Of a stretch of DNA of 64,000 nt, positions 63,966 through 64,000 are shown piece by piece. The position numbers and the translations under genes are program-made. Below the pieces are notes generated by a model. That model was given only the letters and a program-made list of their open reading frames with translations. It searched no databases and was not told the DNA's origin. This DNA comes from Octopus bimaculoides (Eukaryota): NCBI RefSeq assembly GCF_001194135.2, contig NC_068994.1, forward strand, positions 41,855,805 through 41,919,804. The letters run 5' to 3'. How positions within the stretch are numbered: the stretch's first letter is position 1; every line of letters begins with the position of its first letter.

Positions 63966-64000
63966 AAATTTCCTCTAAGTGACTATCTCCAAAGAACTTA

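Overview
AT-rich, microsatellite-dense metazoan genomic DNA with about 19 short assembly gaps. The repeat content suggests an octopus/coleoid cephalopod scaffold; this is inferred from repeat style, not checked. None of the supplied ORFs is a credible intact gene: they arise from (TA)n, (CA)n, (CAT)n repeats or run through N gaps. The one clearly recognisable host-gene sequence is a 74-nt exon (8667-8740, +) homologous to exon 2 of ribosomal protein RPL12/uL11. It has intact splice sites and three substitutions at normally conserved residues, and no other RPL12 exon is visible. Several phase-compatible orphan exons could join it into a small chimeric membrane-anchored protein (hypothesis). The rest is mobile DNA: several tRNA-derived SINE families (labelled A, B, C here), RTE-type 3' ends (D), three Tc1/mariner relics, MITEs, Helitron/Helentron-like ends and a Dong/R4 3' end. 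There are also Penelope-like remnants carrying minimal type I hammerhead ribozyme motifs. These include one intact motif, a 174-bp-arm inverted repeat with a hammerhead in each arm, and a three-copy family with a shared non-canonical core.
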